A stretch of DNA of 63,936 nt, filler included, from Polymyxa betae A26-41 (lineage: Eukaryota > Protista > Endomyxa: Phytomyxea): assembly GCA_003693705.1 (NCBI GenBank). It is 5 parts of 5 records of this genome, joined end to end, with 100 filler letters (N's around TTAATTAATTAA, not from the genome) between each part and the next. Parts side by side here need not be neighbours in the genome. Positions count along the whole stretch, not along the records: positions 1 to 30,094 come from RBZT01000992.1; 4 more parts are not named here. One strand, 5' to 3'. How positions within the stretch are numbered: the stretch's first letter is position 1; each line of letters begins with the position of its first letter. Positions 1-12,718 of this stretch are shown piece after piece. The position numbers were made by a program, and so were the translations under genes. Under the pieces are notes generated by a model. The model saw only the letters and a list, made by a program, of their open reading frames with translations, had not been told where the DNA came from and did not search any database.

Positions 1-74
1 TACTGGCCCTTCCTGAGGGGCTGCGCAGAGGGCTGCGCCCCTGCTGACGATTCCTATAGGGGAAGAGCCCTAAC

Positions 75-490
75 TGTCACGGACTGCGCGGGTCCCCTCG
101 TCTCCCTACTATGAATGGCGAGGAGCGGCCTCCACGCAACCATTCCGATCAACTCCAAAATTCATACGTTTCTCATCTCGTCTCCGACTCTCTATTTTCT
201 TCGTTCTCTCGCCTCGCCTCACCTCCGACTCCCCTCCGACCTTCGTCTCCGCTCCGCCTCCGTCTCACCGGCACCGCTCCGTACGTCCTTCATACGCTCC
301 ACTACGATCCCCTCACCGCTCCACTCCGACCCTCTCTCCGCTCCACTCCGTGTCCCGCCGCTCCGCCTCCGAGGACTCCCTGACGTCGCTCCGTTGCAGG
401 ACACCGGTCCCCCGCGTCCTACCCTCTGCTCCCGAGTCATCGCACCGCTTATCTAACCAATAAAAGGGGATTTTTTACTCGATCCTAACA
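75..490 (+). repeat. LTR (probably 3' LTR) of an LTR retrotransposon
   Basis: Starts TGTCAC after a purine tract (GGGGAAGAG) and ends ...CTAACA. It has AATAAA near 458 and a pyrimidine-rich CTCCG-repetitive body. The ORFs called here are low-complexity artefacts. Confidence 0.55.
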
Positions 491-589
491 CTCGCATAAT
501 TACCAGTGGAATCTGATATACGAGATGATCTCTCAGGCTAAGTTAGATATACGCCAGCTGCAATACCTGATAGTATAGTCACAGAAGAT

Positions 590-1134
590 GCTTTGATGTA
601 TTGGCGAGCTTCATCTAGACCTGAAATCATTGTGACTGATATGGCATCATATTTTATGTCTCAAGTCATGAAAGATTTAAGCCAGTGGTGTAACATGAAG
701 CATCATTTTACAGTGCTTATGGTCGTTATAGTAATGGTTCCTTTGAGGTAATCAATAAGCATTATCTAGCCCTAATCCGAGCTCTAATTTCTGAGTTACA
801 TTGGAAAAGAGTGACTGGTCTTGGCTCAATAAGAATATAGATCATACCTTGAATCATCGCACGCAGTCTAGACTGCGTGGGAAGGCTCCAGTGACAATTG
901 CTACTGGTCAACGTCCGGATATTCCCTTAGACTAAATATTTGGAGAGGTTAAGGATGGTTCACTGAATTATTTTAAAGTCCCGTTAGAGAAGTAACACAG
1001 GAAGTGGAAAAGTTACTAGATTCACTAGCAAAGATGCATAAAGGAATAGTACTTATCTCAGAGGATGTACGTCGGAAAAACGTATCGATCCGATCTCGAA
1101 TTAAAAAAGAACCTAATTTTACTATTGGGGATTA
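590..1134 (+). pseudogene. Degenerate Gypsy integrase core fragment
   Basis: Frameshifted translation PEIIVTDMASYFMS...HHFTV.YGRYSNGSFEVINKHYLALIRALISEL...EPNFTIGDY resembles the integrase at 30546-31540. It stops at the pogo TIR. Confidence 0.7.
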
Positions 1135-1318
1135 CCGTAATTCTTGCCGAAATAACCCCTACTAATGTGCAGAGCGCGGCCTTTTTTCTGTATGAAGGGG
1201 GTTATTTGGGCAAGAAATAAATTCTTTATTTGCATAAATTCGTCTGAAAACAGCGCCAAAAAACGGCGCGGGCTACGACGATTCGAACCATGTGCGGATT
1301 GCATATCATCATTGTACC

Positions 1319-2619
1319 ATGGGCCGCAATATCTGTCGTTTTACAATTGGAGAGAAAATAGCCATTGTCAATGAAGCATTTGAACGGCCTGGGGCGCTGT
1401 ATCAAACAGGAAAGAAATATGGCGTCGACTGGCGAAATATCAAGAGATGGAGGAAGCTGCTGGACATCAGCGATGACATCGACCGTCGGGCCAGAATGCA
1501 CCGGCCGCTGTCTTCCATTCAAGCCATCGTAGAGGGCCAAGATGTTTGGGATCATCATCGAGATTTTATTGATCAAATACGGCTGCGAGACCATGCTGTC
1601 ACTGGATCGATGCTTTTTCATGAAGTTCGTCGGTAATGGCTTTTTGTTTTCACGATTATTAGGATAGTATTATAAGAATAAATTCATTTTAGCTATAGAT
1701 TCCAGCCATCTTTTTGTGTCGGCAATGATTGGGCTCTGAGGCAACGAATTTATCGGTTTGTCGAGAGAGAAGGGTTTGTACAGAGGCGTGCAACCCATGT
1801 CTCCCAGAACACGCGACACGAAGCTACCATCATTGACGACTTCGTTGCTGCTGTCAATGATCATATCACAATGATGGCAATTCCACCAGAGTTCGTGGTC
1901 AATATCGACGAAACAGACCTTCAGTTTGATCTTCCGGCCAAAAAAACTTTGTCTCGTCGTGGTCGGCGAACCATTGCTGTGACCGGAAACGGCTCCTCCG
2001 GGCGTGCCACCGCTCTGCTGGGGGTCACGTTAACGGGCGAGAAGCTTCCGGTTTTCCTCGTCTTCAAGGGAATAAGCAAGGGAAAAAACCATCGTGAGGT
2101 GGTCGGTGACTTCATCAGTCGCGGATACCCTGGAGGCATTGTCATGACTGTGCAGAAGAACGCTTGGATGGATGTAGAAATCATGCACGAGTGGATTAAA
2201 CGGGTTTGGCAACCTTGGATTCTGGCTCGACTAGCTCGTGCCTCCTACCTGTTGCTTGACAGCCTTTCGGCTCATCTGGAATCCACCGTAATCGACAAGC
2301 TTGCCGAACTTGGGACCGAAGTATATGCAAAAATGTACATTTCGTTACCTTGACATTGTTTTCAGGCCGAAGTCATTGTGGCTGGTTATACCTCCAAGCT
2401 GCAGGTACTTGATCTAGGTATTAACCGACCGTTTAAATTCCACTTTCAACAGAAGCATACCGAGTTTCTTATCAATCGGACAGCGCCGAATGAGAAACCT
2501 CGTCGGCAGGACATCGCTCACTAGCTCACTGGGCGTTGCACGCCTGGAGCCAGGTATCGACTGCCGCAATTGTTAACACATGGAACCATGTGGGAATTAA
2601 GGCTGCCTCACAAGAGTGA
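1319..2619 (+). CDS. pogo transposase (HTH + DDE_1), two introns, C-terminal frameshift
   Basis: N-terminal HTH (FTIGEKIAIV...KYGVDWRNIKRWRK), NIDET, GEKLPVFLVFKG, QKNAWMD, and LLLDS..35 aa..QVLD. GT-AG introns at about 1634-1708 and 2321-2365. A GCTCACT duplication near 2516-2530 shifts the last ~30 codons. Confidence 0.88.
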
Positions 2620-2628
2620 CAGTGTTTT

Positions 2629-3060
2629 TTATTCTAATAAAGGAATAGCATCCAGGAGCACACACGACGCCATTCCACAATTTCGGGCATCTTTTCGACG
2701 TTTGTGGGAATTATCGGAAATGGAATATAATTCTACCACCTGAGCGAACTTCCCAACAAATCGCTCGCGAATAGGCATGCAGCTCTTGGGGAGGAATGCG
2801 ACACGACAAGATTCGTTACCGCTGATTACTGCATGGGCGGCCACTGCTTCTTCGATTAAACCATTCCCTAGTTAAGAGAATCGTGTAAACAGGGGTTAAT
2901 GTTTATAGAAAAAATTGGAACAGCTACTCTCAATGACTGTGAATTTGAACCGCAACAGCGTGCCGACACCGACTACCACCCCACAGGCCTCATGCAGCTC
3001 ACACGAGCGCCCATTCTCAGGCTTTCGAAGGCCAACGATCTCAGCGTTGGCTTGCGACAT
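2629..3060 (-). CDS. Transposon-borne ~123-aa HIRAN-like protein (2 exons)
   Basis: Splicing the GT-AG intron 2927-2868 joins two ORFs into MSQANAEIVGLRKPENGRSCELHEACG...ESCRVAFLPKS...FAQVVELYS...RNCGMASCVLLDAIPLLE. It lies inside the pogo TIRs, tail-to-tail with the transposase. The HIRAN call is inference. Confidence 0.72.
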
Positions 3061-3363
3061 TTTTCCTCTCTTTGCACCGACGATAGAGATGCTGAAATTC
3101 CGTAACGAGCGCAATAAAAATGTGCACCATTGGGGGCTATTTGGGCAAAGGGGTTATTCCTGCAAGAATTACGGTACTACGCCGACGTTGTATTAGAACG
3201 AGTACGTTACTACCGGTACTTAGATCAGGCTCTATGTTCAAGGGATTATGCTGTTATGAACAAAAATATAAGGCATATGCCTTATAACAAGCACTCAATA
3301 TCATTATTATTTGTAGTTGCATTTACTAGAAGTAATACAGTATATATAACAATCAAAGATGAA

Positions 3364-6300
3364 TTAAGATTTGGACATATGATCGAGGTCATCAGTAGAT
3401 TTATCTATAGAACTGACCTGCTCTTGTGTAGACAGCTTCTTCTCGTAAGTAACAATCCACTGTATGCCAAACAATCAGTTCTCTCAACACAACTGAAATA
3501 AACTGAGCGAGTATCACCTGTTTCAATCTGGTATTCTCTTCTTGGATTCGCTGCAGTTCAGACGAGGTGTTTTCGTCTTTGGCACGTTCAGCAGCAAGAA
3601 GCGATTCAAACTCCTCAATTCGCTTTATCAAGCCATCATTTTCATTCAATTGTGATCGTATTTTCGCTTCGAGCTATATACTGATTAATAGTGCAAGAGA
3701 ATAAGCAAAAGCAGTGATGCCATGCCTCCTCAATCCGATTCTGTAATTGATTTTTTGAGCTTTGATCCATTAACAGTCGTCGCTGCAAACTTTCACGATC
3801 AGACTGCAAATCGACCGATAATGATCTTGATGTATTTAAGGTGCCCATTAGCGATGATTTCTCATCAGTGATGGCAGTTAATTGTTCTGGGAACGGATAA
3901 ATCAAAGAAAGAAGGAAGCAGAACACAATAGAACCTTGTAATGTAGCAAGAGATCGTGTTAATCGCTCATTAGTACGTTGGTATTGTTCAATATCCAGAT
4001 TGAGACGTCCATTGATATCATTGAGCTCTTTAGATTTAGATTCTGCTATTAAAAAACGTTGTGTCAAACGCTGAATTTCGAAAAGCTGTGCTTGACACTT
4101 GGATTCCAACTAGAGTACAAGTTAATTACAATAGTGTATATCTAGATATAAAATACCTCAGAGGCAGTATCTAACAGTTTCTTATTCTCACTAACAAGCA
4201 TCTTATAATTAGTAAGAAGTTCTTCTTTCTCACTATAACGCATCACTAATGCATCAATATCAATGAAATATTACTGACAGTTTCTGTACACGTAATAATT
4301 CTTCCAAGTAGAGACATTTATTGACCGCACCGAATGCTTCTTGAGATTTGGCTTCCTTCTCTTGTAATGCCAACTGAAACTCTCCATTCACGAATTGATT
4401 CTATGAATGACCAGAAATTAAAAGAGACGTTAAGCAGACAAAGTGTTACCTCGCTGGTCATATTCCTTAAATCTTCACTTAAGGTGTGAATCTCAGAATT
4501 TTTTAGCTGAATCTACAGAAAGTTTGAATGAAATAATGGATCACACTGGAAACTCACTTGAGCTTCGAGTGATTGTTCATTCTGTTGTAACTGCTCAATA
4601 ATATCATTCTGCTCTCTGAGATTTTCCAATGTTCTTGAATGTTGTACAGACAGCTGATCAAAACGTTCTTGTAGCTGATTTGCAGCACGTTGAGCAGTTA
4701 GTACGGCTTCATCATCATGTTTAAGATGTTCCTGAGCTTGAACAAGCTGCTCACATTTCTCATCAAGTAAATGACACAGACGATCACGTTCTGTATCCAG
4801 ATTCTATAATAATCTCAGTCAATTGTCAGAACCAAAAAAGTAAAAGTTTAGCGTTATCCCAATCAGAGAAACCTGTAAACGACATAGATCGTGAGAGATT
4901 GACTTGAAGTGATGGAAATGTTGACAAATAGATTAAGATGCAGTACTGAAACATGTAAAGTGAAATAAAGAGATGACCATCTAACCTGTGTAACATGCTT
5001 CAACGACTCCAACTGATTATTTAACTCTGTTAATTGCATTTCACATTGAGCAATATGTTGATCTCGTTGAGTAACATCATCATGAGCTGTCTGAGTACAT
5101 AAATTAGATATTCGGCATGATTATATAGGGCTTTGATACCTGCAGTACAGTACGAAGACGTGATACTTCTGTAGATTCGTTGGTCTTCACATTCTCTAAC
5201 TGTGCTACCAACGATTGAAATTGATCAACTTCACCTCGAAGTTTGGAAATTGTCCCTAAAATGAATGGATAAAATTTTAACAGAGAGAATATGTTTTATG
5301 TCAGATAAAGAGCACAAGAGAAGCAGTAAATTCAAAGAACTTATTCTGACCTCTCTGCTGTTCAATAGTGTGTTGTAATGTAGCGATCTGTTTGTTCATC
5401 CTTGTAAGATCCTGTTTAGATAGATCAAGTTGATTTTGTAGCTCAGCGTTGCGTGTTGTAGATTGTGATAATAGACGACGTTCATTTTGTAAATCGCGAA
5501 GTAAATTATCACGTGACGACTATCAAAGCAATTATTTAAGTAAATTAAAATTAATCTCAAATCAATCTTACTTGTAGATCACTCAGATCAGCACGGGCAC
5601 TTTTCAAGACAGCCTCATTATTGCGGGCGGCGTCTTCCAATTGACGAACAACGGCAACCAAAGAGGCATTGTCCGATTTCAGTTGTGACAGCAGCTGTAA
5701 ATAATTTAGAGCTTTGACGAGCAATACAATATGGTAGTTTGAGAGAAAATATTACAAAAATGAAAAGAACAATAATATATTTGGAAAAGCTAGATATCAA
5801 CCATCAAAGCAATATATTATAGATACGTATAATATTTGCAAATGACATGCCAACAATTAGATAAATCTGATTTTTTTGCAAATGAATAAACTTGACCTGT
5901 TGCTCTTGATGGCGACGACTTTGAAAGTCAGATTGAGAATGTTCACGGACGTTTAATTCGGCCAGCAGCTAAATCGTTATTATGGGGGAAGATTCACACC
6001 CGATTCATGTACAAGGTACCTGAGAATTTCGAAATTGTAGATCATCGCGCTCACGAATCAGGTTTTGAACCTAAATAACAATGAATGTTTAGTGTCAACA
6101 AGTAAGTATATATTCACCTGAAGCTGAATAGAGATGGAATGAGCATCGAACTCTCTTAAGACCATCTGAAATGAGTTAGATCGATGCAATTTTAGACAGC
6201 CGATGTTTTTAAAATTCGATTGCAGTTATTCATCAACCAAAACCAGAACTTTAAAATGTTACACAGGTGATAAAAGGCCCAAACATGGTGAAAAGAGCGA

Positions 6301-9300
6301 ATAGATTGAAACGCGACCTTTATGATAACTGAAAAAAGCAGAAAAATAATAGAAATGAAATCATATACCGTTAATGCATCACGATGTCCGATAACACCAC
6401 GAAACTGCTTCTGTAAATGTTCCGTCTCATTGTGTTGTAATTCTAGATTCTGTTTCAAAGTATTGAGTTCACGTTGTAGTTCAACACATTGAGCTGTGGT
6501 CTCCCGTAGTTTATCACTATTAGATCCAGATGATGAGCACAGATTCTATTTGACGTTCACTTGGAGTATGTTCATTGATATAATACAATACACCAACCTT
6601 TAGTGTAGCAATCTCTTGCTGCTTATCAGCAACCTCATGACTTAAATCTTGTAATTCGCGTTTCAAATCCAGAAGGGCAGTATCACGTTGGGCCAGTGCA
6701 TCTCGCAGATCCTCCTCCTCTTGCAGAGCTTGCGTCAACTGATTCTCTAGGAGTAATCAACAAATCGATATGATAAAATGCACAAAACAAGAATTGTTGC
6801 ATTTCAATAAATTTGTAGTATGGCATGAGTAGATTATCAACAGACCTGCATCATTAAGTGATTGTTTCTCGAGATTAAGTTCACGTTCAATAGAAGATTT
6901 CTGTGAAGAGACTTGTGTTAACAAATCATTCATATCACTGATCTGAGATCTATCAGATATGAAATTATTCAAGAAACATAATGGAATATGAATAGCATGT
7001 AATATTACCTATATTGATCTCGTTCTAATTGAAGACTACGAATAATAGCAGTCTGACGTTGTGTAGTGCACTTTTCAGCTGCTTCTTTCCTGGCCACTGA
7101 TGCAGCTGCTCCAGCATGATCCTGTAATAATCATGTCAAAGTCGATCAACCACAAATATACAATACTTTCAAATCGGGATAAATGTAAAACAAGATCATG
7201 GAACTCATTCAATAAGCAGATTGCAAAGGATAGAACCACGAGCTCAGAGAGTATAGGGAACAAAATAGAAACGAAATGACAATCAAACTAAAACATTGTT
7301 CTTCGATAAATCAATTAAGAATGAAATAAAGTTGGGAAATATACCTGAATGGCCTCATTTAACATCTTATTATCATTATTAGCCTGTGACAATTTCCTGG
7401 ATAATTCTTCAGCATCACGAGATAGTGTCTCAATTGTTTCCTCCAATGTGGATACTTCTTTAGACAACAGCTCATTATTTGCCTTTTGTTTGCTCAGATC
7501 GGCCTATTCAGTACAACGAAATGAATGGATTCGCTGTGTAACGACTTCAATGGCGAAAACGGTTATTGTTAAACAGGACTTGTAGATAGATATTAATGAG
7601 AGTAATGAAACGATACGACAATACAAAAGATATGACCTTAACAAAGTATACTAACTGACCTGTTGATCAGCAATTGTTTGCTGGTGAAGTTCAATCTGAT
7701 TCTGATATGATTGAATACTTTGTCCTAATGATTGCATCTGCGTATTTAGTTTGCAATTTTGCAACTTGAATTCCTGACATTGCTCTTGCAATCCAGATAA
7801 CTGCTGCTGTGCTTCTGCAGCACGATTCTCAGCTTCTTCCACTAATGTTGATAGAAGCGCCTTATCAGATGAATACGACTATATGATGAAGATTAGATAG
7901 TACCCAAAACTTGATCGCAACGAATGCAACAGAAAGATGACAGCAATTATATATAGAGTGTGGAAATGAAGAGAAATATATGGCAGAAAGGGTCACAAGT
8001 AATTCGATATGAAATATGAAATTTGAAGCAGTAACAAAGAGATTGTTCATGATGTAAATTAATTAATACTAAACTGTATATAACTGCTACAAGTTAAGAT
8101 ACAAAATCATCCATACTAACTTGATAGATCTTCTTGACTTCGTCATGCTCTTGTCCAATTTCTGCTTTTTCTCGTTCAAGTTGTTTAATTTGATCTTGAA
8201 GTCGTCTAATCGTGTTTTGAGCTGCCTCTAAATCTTTAATAGCTCGCGGTATACGACTTCTATAAACAGATTAGATTCATATCGTCCAATAATGAATAAT
8301 ATTGAATCGAACTTGCTGGAATGAAGATCACATTGCTTCTCATCCACTAATGACGATACTGTGTTCTTTTCATGAGCCAGCTCATCCCGTAATGTTCCAA
8401 TCTCCTAAGCATAAATAATGTTAAAATTCAATGTTAGATATCATAATCATGATTTGTATTACTTGTTGGTTATTATTTACAATGTCAGTTAAATCATCAC
8501 GCTGCTTCTGGAGCTGTTCAATGAGTGGTTCCATTGAACTACAATACACGAGCAACCAGTTAACAATATGCCAACACTGTTTGAAACGATATCACAGATC
8601 ATGCAGAGATACTTAATGACATGAAAAATGACAATAGAGAAAATATGCTGAGCTCAAAATTGAAAGATAGACGATCTTACCGATATCGTTTAAGTTCAGA
8701 TTCCAATGTGATCATCTCTTTAGTTAAGAAATCGACCTGTTCTGATAATTGACGACATTTTCTGTCATCCAGGCTGCGAGTCGCCGATTCCGATTCTTTT
8801 CTGCGAATTTCAACATCCCGTATTGAAATTGCTTTTTCAAGCGCCTGCTACATTTTACACATTGTATAATCATGATAATAAGACGTACGAGTTTGTCGTT
8901 CTCAAATTGACCACAAACATTCCTTAAATGTGACACCTGATCTTGCAATGCGTCTATTTTCGACTGAGCAATTTCCAGCAATTCGGAAAAATGAAGCGAA
9001 TTATTTGAGTCGGCAGTGATGTTGAATTTCTCTGGAAATAAGTCATTGACATATCGTAACAGAACAAGCAGATATTTGTCTCATACCAAATCGTTCATCA
9101 TTGAGCTCAAGAGTTTGGCTTGAATTGATATTCACTGAATATTAAATAAGCCAATCGAATAACGAATAAGCAAAAATTTACCTGAACAAAGAATTTCAAT
9201 CATCGAAGTGAAACCAATTTAGTTAACAAAATCCATCGAATATTAATTAAAAAAGAGAATCAAACGCAAGCAATACACAAAGCCATTGTAAGTAAATAAA

Positions 9301-10022
9301 TATTGCTTTGCTATTGATTATACCTGGGTCGGATTTGACAAAAACCTTCGATTTGTCAAGTAATGACATGACTTTCTGTTTAAGACGATTAATATCAGTC
9401 TCTTGTTGTTTCACCTGATACATTGCTGTATTCAGTTGAAATCTGTAATTATTAGCAGCTGCCTGAGCTGATGAGATCGCCTCGCGAGCTTTACGTTCTA
9501 CTTCATCCATTAATTCACCATAACGACAAATTTCAGCATGTAAGACGTTCTTCGCCTCAATTAAATTGCTATTTTCACGTCGCAGTGAGTTTGCCTAAAA
9601 CATAATATGAGGAACCCATTTGCGGATTTTACAGATATGAAGCTGATCTGAGCAAGGAAGCATGGAAAACTAAACCAAAAAACAAATTAAACTAGACGAT
9701 GATTGATTAAAATCTTTATTGAAGAGATATGGCTTACTGTATCAGAGAGCTTCTCTTTAGAGCGGTTCACTTCTTCAACCTGTTCTAATGCTTCATCTCG
9801 CTCTAATTGGATCTAAAATTTAATAAGGAACAATTGCCTATTAATATGGAAAACTGTGAAAACAATAAAGAATAACTGAGCGATTCTAATTGTCAGAATT
9901 GTCAATACCTTTTCAATATCGCTATACAATTGCCTAACTAATTCCGCTGATTCAATCCCCAAGGGTGCAGCATAACCAGATGACTCCAATAGTTTTTTCA
10001 GCTCATGGAAGGAGGCGTCCAT
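3364..10022 (-). CDS. CEP135: CEP135/BLD10-like centriolar coiled-coil protein, >25 exons
   Basis: The N-terminus MDASFHELKKLLESSGYAAPLGIESAELVRQLYSD follows the CEP135 pattern (L..LGY...L..E...LV..LF.D). Many Q/E/L-rich coiled-coil exons with GT-AG introns follow. The last exon ends ...DDLDHMSKS*. Confidence 0.75.
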
Positions 10023-10272
10023 TTGTATAAGATCATTTAGAGGAAATCTGAAGAAGAAAGCTCTCAGTAGAGAATAAGAATCAGTGAATGATGTTAATAG
10101 AATACAGATCCATATAGCTCTAGACAGGGAATGCGGCGCTACCATCTGTAACATTACAAATTGCGAGTTTCTTTGAATTCTTGACATGATGTCACACTGT
10201 ATTCGACTCAACATATTTGAAACTTTTCTACTGGTTTGCTCTTTATCCAGTTTCAGCATTATCCATATCACG

Positions 10273-11853
10273 TTAGTCGTCAATCTGCTGCTTCACCTGG
10301 CATTTTAAATTCAAATTTATTACCAACGACCATCGATTTGCTTGCTGAGTTCTAATAAAGCTTATTTTAATCCATATTATATCTAGATTGCTTCATTGTC
10401 AGGTTGACTTAATGTAGCCCATCTTGGTGAAGTCCATTAACTACTTTCATCATCAGAGCTGAGCGATTTTGGGGAAATACTCTGAATCAAAATGTCAATA
10501 AACTAAATAAGACATATTATAAATTGAATTACCCCAACAGAAGATTTTCTCCATCCTCCCCATGGACCCATTCCCTATAACAACACTTAGGGAATCTCCA
10601 AACCGTAATAGTTTGTCATTGATGACTAATATTACCGCCCAAATGTTGAATGGAGATCCATTCTTTGACGGCCTGTCCACTTCAGGAGTGCGATCTTCCT
10701 ATCAAGTATGCTAAAGTTGGATATTTGAAAAACAAACGACATGAAACTCACCATCTCTTCAGAAACAGATGTGTTATGATCAATTCCTATATTCTGATTC
10801 TAGTCATAATGTTCACATCCAACATCAGAATATCGAAGTGAGATTCTTACAGGATTATGCCAGAATAAAGGACGTCGTCTGCATAAACATTTGATTTGAT
10901 ACAAACGCTAATTTAGCTATCTTACCTGCTGCTTCCAAGTTCTGAACCAACTTCACTGTCAAATCTTGATGATTCACTTGGAGCATTATTCTTCAAATGT
11001 AATTAAGAGATACTCAATTAATGGAAAATCAAGACATCTATCACCTCAACTGCATGATCGTGTAATTGTTGAAGCTGGTCTGAGCTAACACCTAGAGATG
11101 TCAATTCCAGCTCATTATTCTTAACAGTGATCTCATGACAATTCAGTATCACAAACGGAATAATTCAATTTTTCAATCTCACCTCATTCTGGATAAGCCT
11201 CTGCTGCAATTCTTCGATCTGACAATTGTAGATAAATTTATAGTGATGTGAGATGAGTACAGATTGACCTGTTCTTGTCGCGGTCTATCGATGTATTCTA
11301 ATTCAGATGACATCTTTTTATCGAGTTTCTGAGATTGAGTTCGAACTTTTTCCAGATATTTGGCGACACCTCCTTCATCTTCGTAATTATCCATAACATT
11401 CAAATTCTGAGAAAGGATCTTCAATTCGGTCTGAATATTCACAACTTCCTATTTAAATAAATAAATAAACTACGAGATCCCAATATAACAAACCGATATA
11501 ATGACATCAACATCTTTCATAATATCTTTAACAGAGATAGAATACTCGAATCCGGATTTCATGTTTTCCTGTAAGCAGTTGAGGTCCCGATGGTTATGTG
11601 TGATAGAATTGACTACGAGAGCAGTATCAAAGTGTGATAGCTAAGCAGATGAAATTACTATGACTGAGATTGCAGTAATACAAAGTAAAATTACAGATTT
11701 GCCAGATTCCGAATAAAGCAAGTCATAAAGAAAATGGACATCGGCACGAAAGAATGCATCATCAATGATGACGACGGGATCCGGCTCTTTGTCGACCGGA
11801 GACCCAGCTGCAACAATTGCTCCTAGAAGGTAAACAATGGGCAAAGATATCAT
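10273..11853 (-). CDS. Putative secreted protein of unknown function, multi-exon
   Basis: Signal-peptide-like MISLPIVYLLGAIVAAG followed by several GT-AG exons (e.g. ELKILSQNLNVMDNYEDEGGVAKYLEK). The 3' end is tentative. Confidence 0.6.
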
Positions 11854-11929
11854 AACTCAATACAAGATATAAACACAATTGATCTGGCAGTAATATATGA
11901 ATTCTGTAATACGTCATGCTTGTTACTCA

Positions 11930-12456
11930 TGTTACAGACATACTGGTAAGCACATTCTGGATAACAAAGGGTCTAACTCGACCACATCACCAGGCCCTAC
12001 TCCGCTGAATACTGAATCGATTCTGCGGCGTTTTGTCCGGGACTCTAGGGCGTCTATAACGGTAACGGTAGCTAAACTCGTAAGTGCACCCTCTGTAATA
12101 CCCAGAGCGACCGCTCTTAGTTGGTTTAATATGGGCTCTGAATTCTAAGGTGTTGGATCGAATTAAAGCCTAGGCATTGGTTTTTGGCCATACATCATCC
12201 CAAAGCGGTAACAATTATGAAGCTAGCGAAGCACGGCGGGCGACTCCCTGTTCAAATTGCTCCAGTCACTATCCTGTTCACGTTGACAAGTCTCTACACC
12301 TTTACAAGTGCTCTTAAAGGCTGTTGGATGAAGGTAACGCCGTCTTAAAGTTGTCGTGAGCGCAAGCTGCAAAGCGAGTCCCCTGATGGTTGAACTGCAT
12401 TTCGACATGATCAGGCGCCCCAGTGACAGCGAAAACGCATATTATAACAAACATAT
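11930..12456 (-). CDS. Possible small secreted protein or gene relic
   Basis: Hydrophobic start MFVIICVFAVTGA and a coding-like downstream segment NSEPILNQLRAVALGITEGALTSLATVTVIDALESR. The exon joining was not resolved. Confidence 0.28.
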
Positions 12457-12718
12457 GAACTCGACAATTGAGTGCGGGCCCCGTCCTGCCTGGCTGCCCT
12501 TGCCCTACCAGTACCACTCCTATTTGTCTACTTTGTCTACATCGGGTCATAATAGTAATATCTATTTACGACTCCTAGTAAGTTAATACTACCGGTAGAC
12601 GTTTTATACAAAGTTATACATATCTTTATAAACTGGAACTGGATTTACGCTTAAACCATGATCGGGCTAATTTCCTTCCCAAACAAATTAGAACCGAACA
12701 CTAAAGGTTTTGACGCAT

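Larger units (their letters stand above)
1135..3174 (+). mobile_element. Complete pogo-family (DD35D) DNA transposon
   Basis: 26-bp TIRs: CCGTAATTCTTGCCGAAATAACCCCT versus right-end reverse complement CCGTAATTCTTGCAGGAATAACCCCT (2 mismatches). TA on both sides (1133-34, 3175-76). Confidence 0.93.

Noticed and set aside
111-456. Pro/Ser/Arg-rich ORFs
   Set aside because: They are by-products of the low-complexity LTR sequence.
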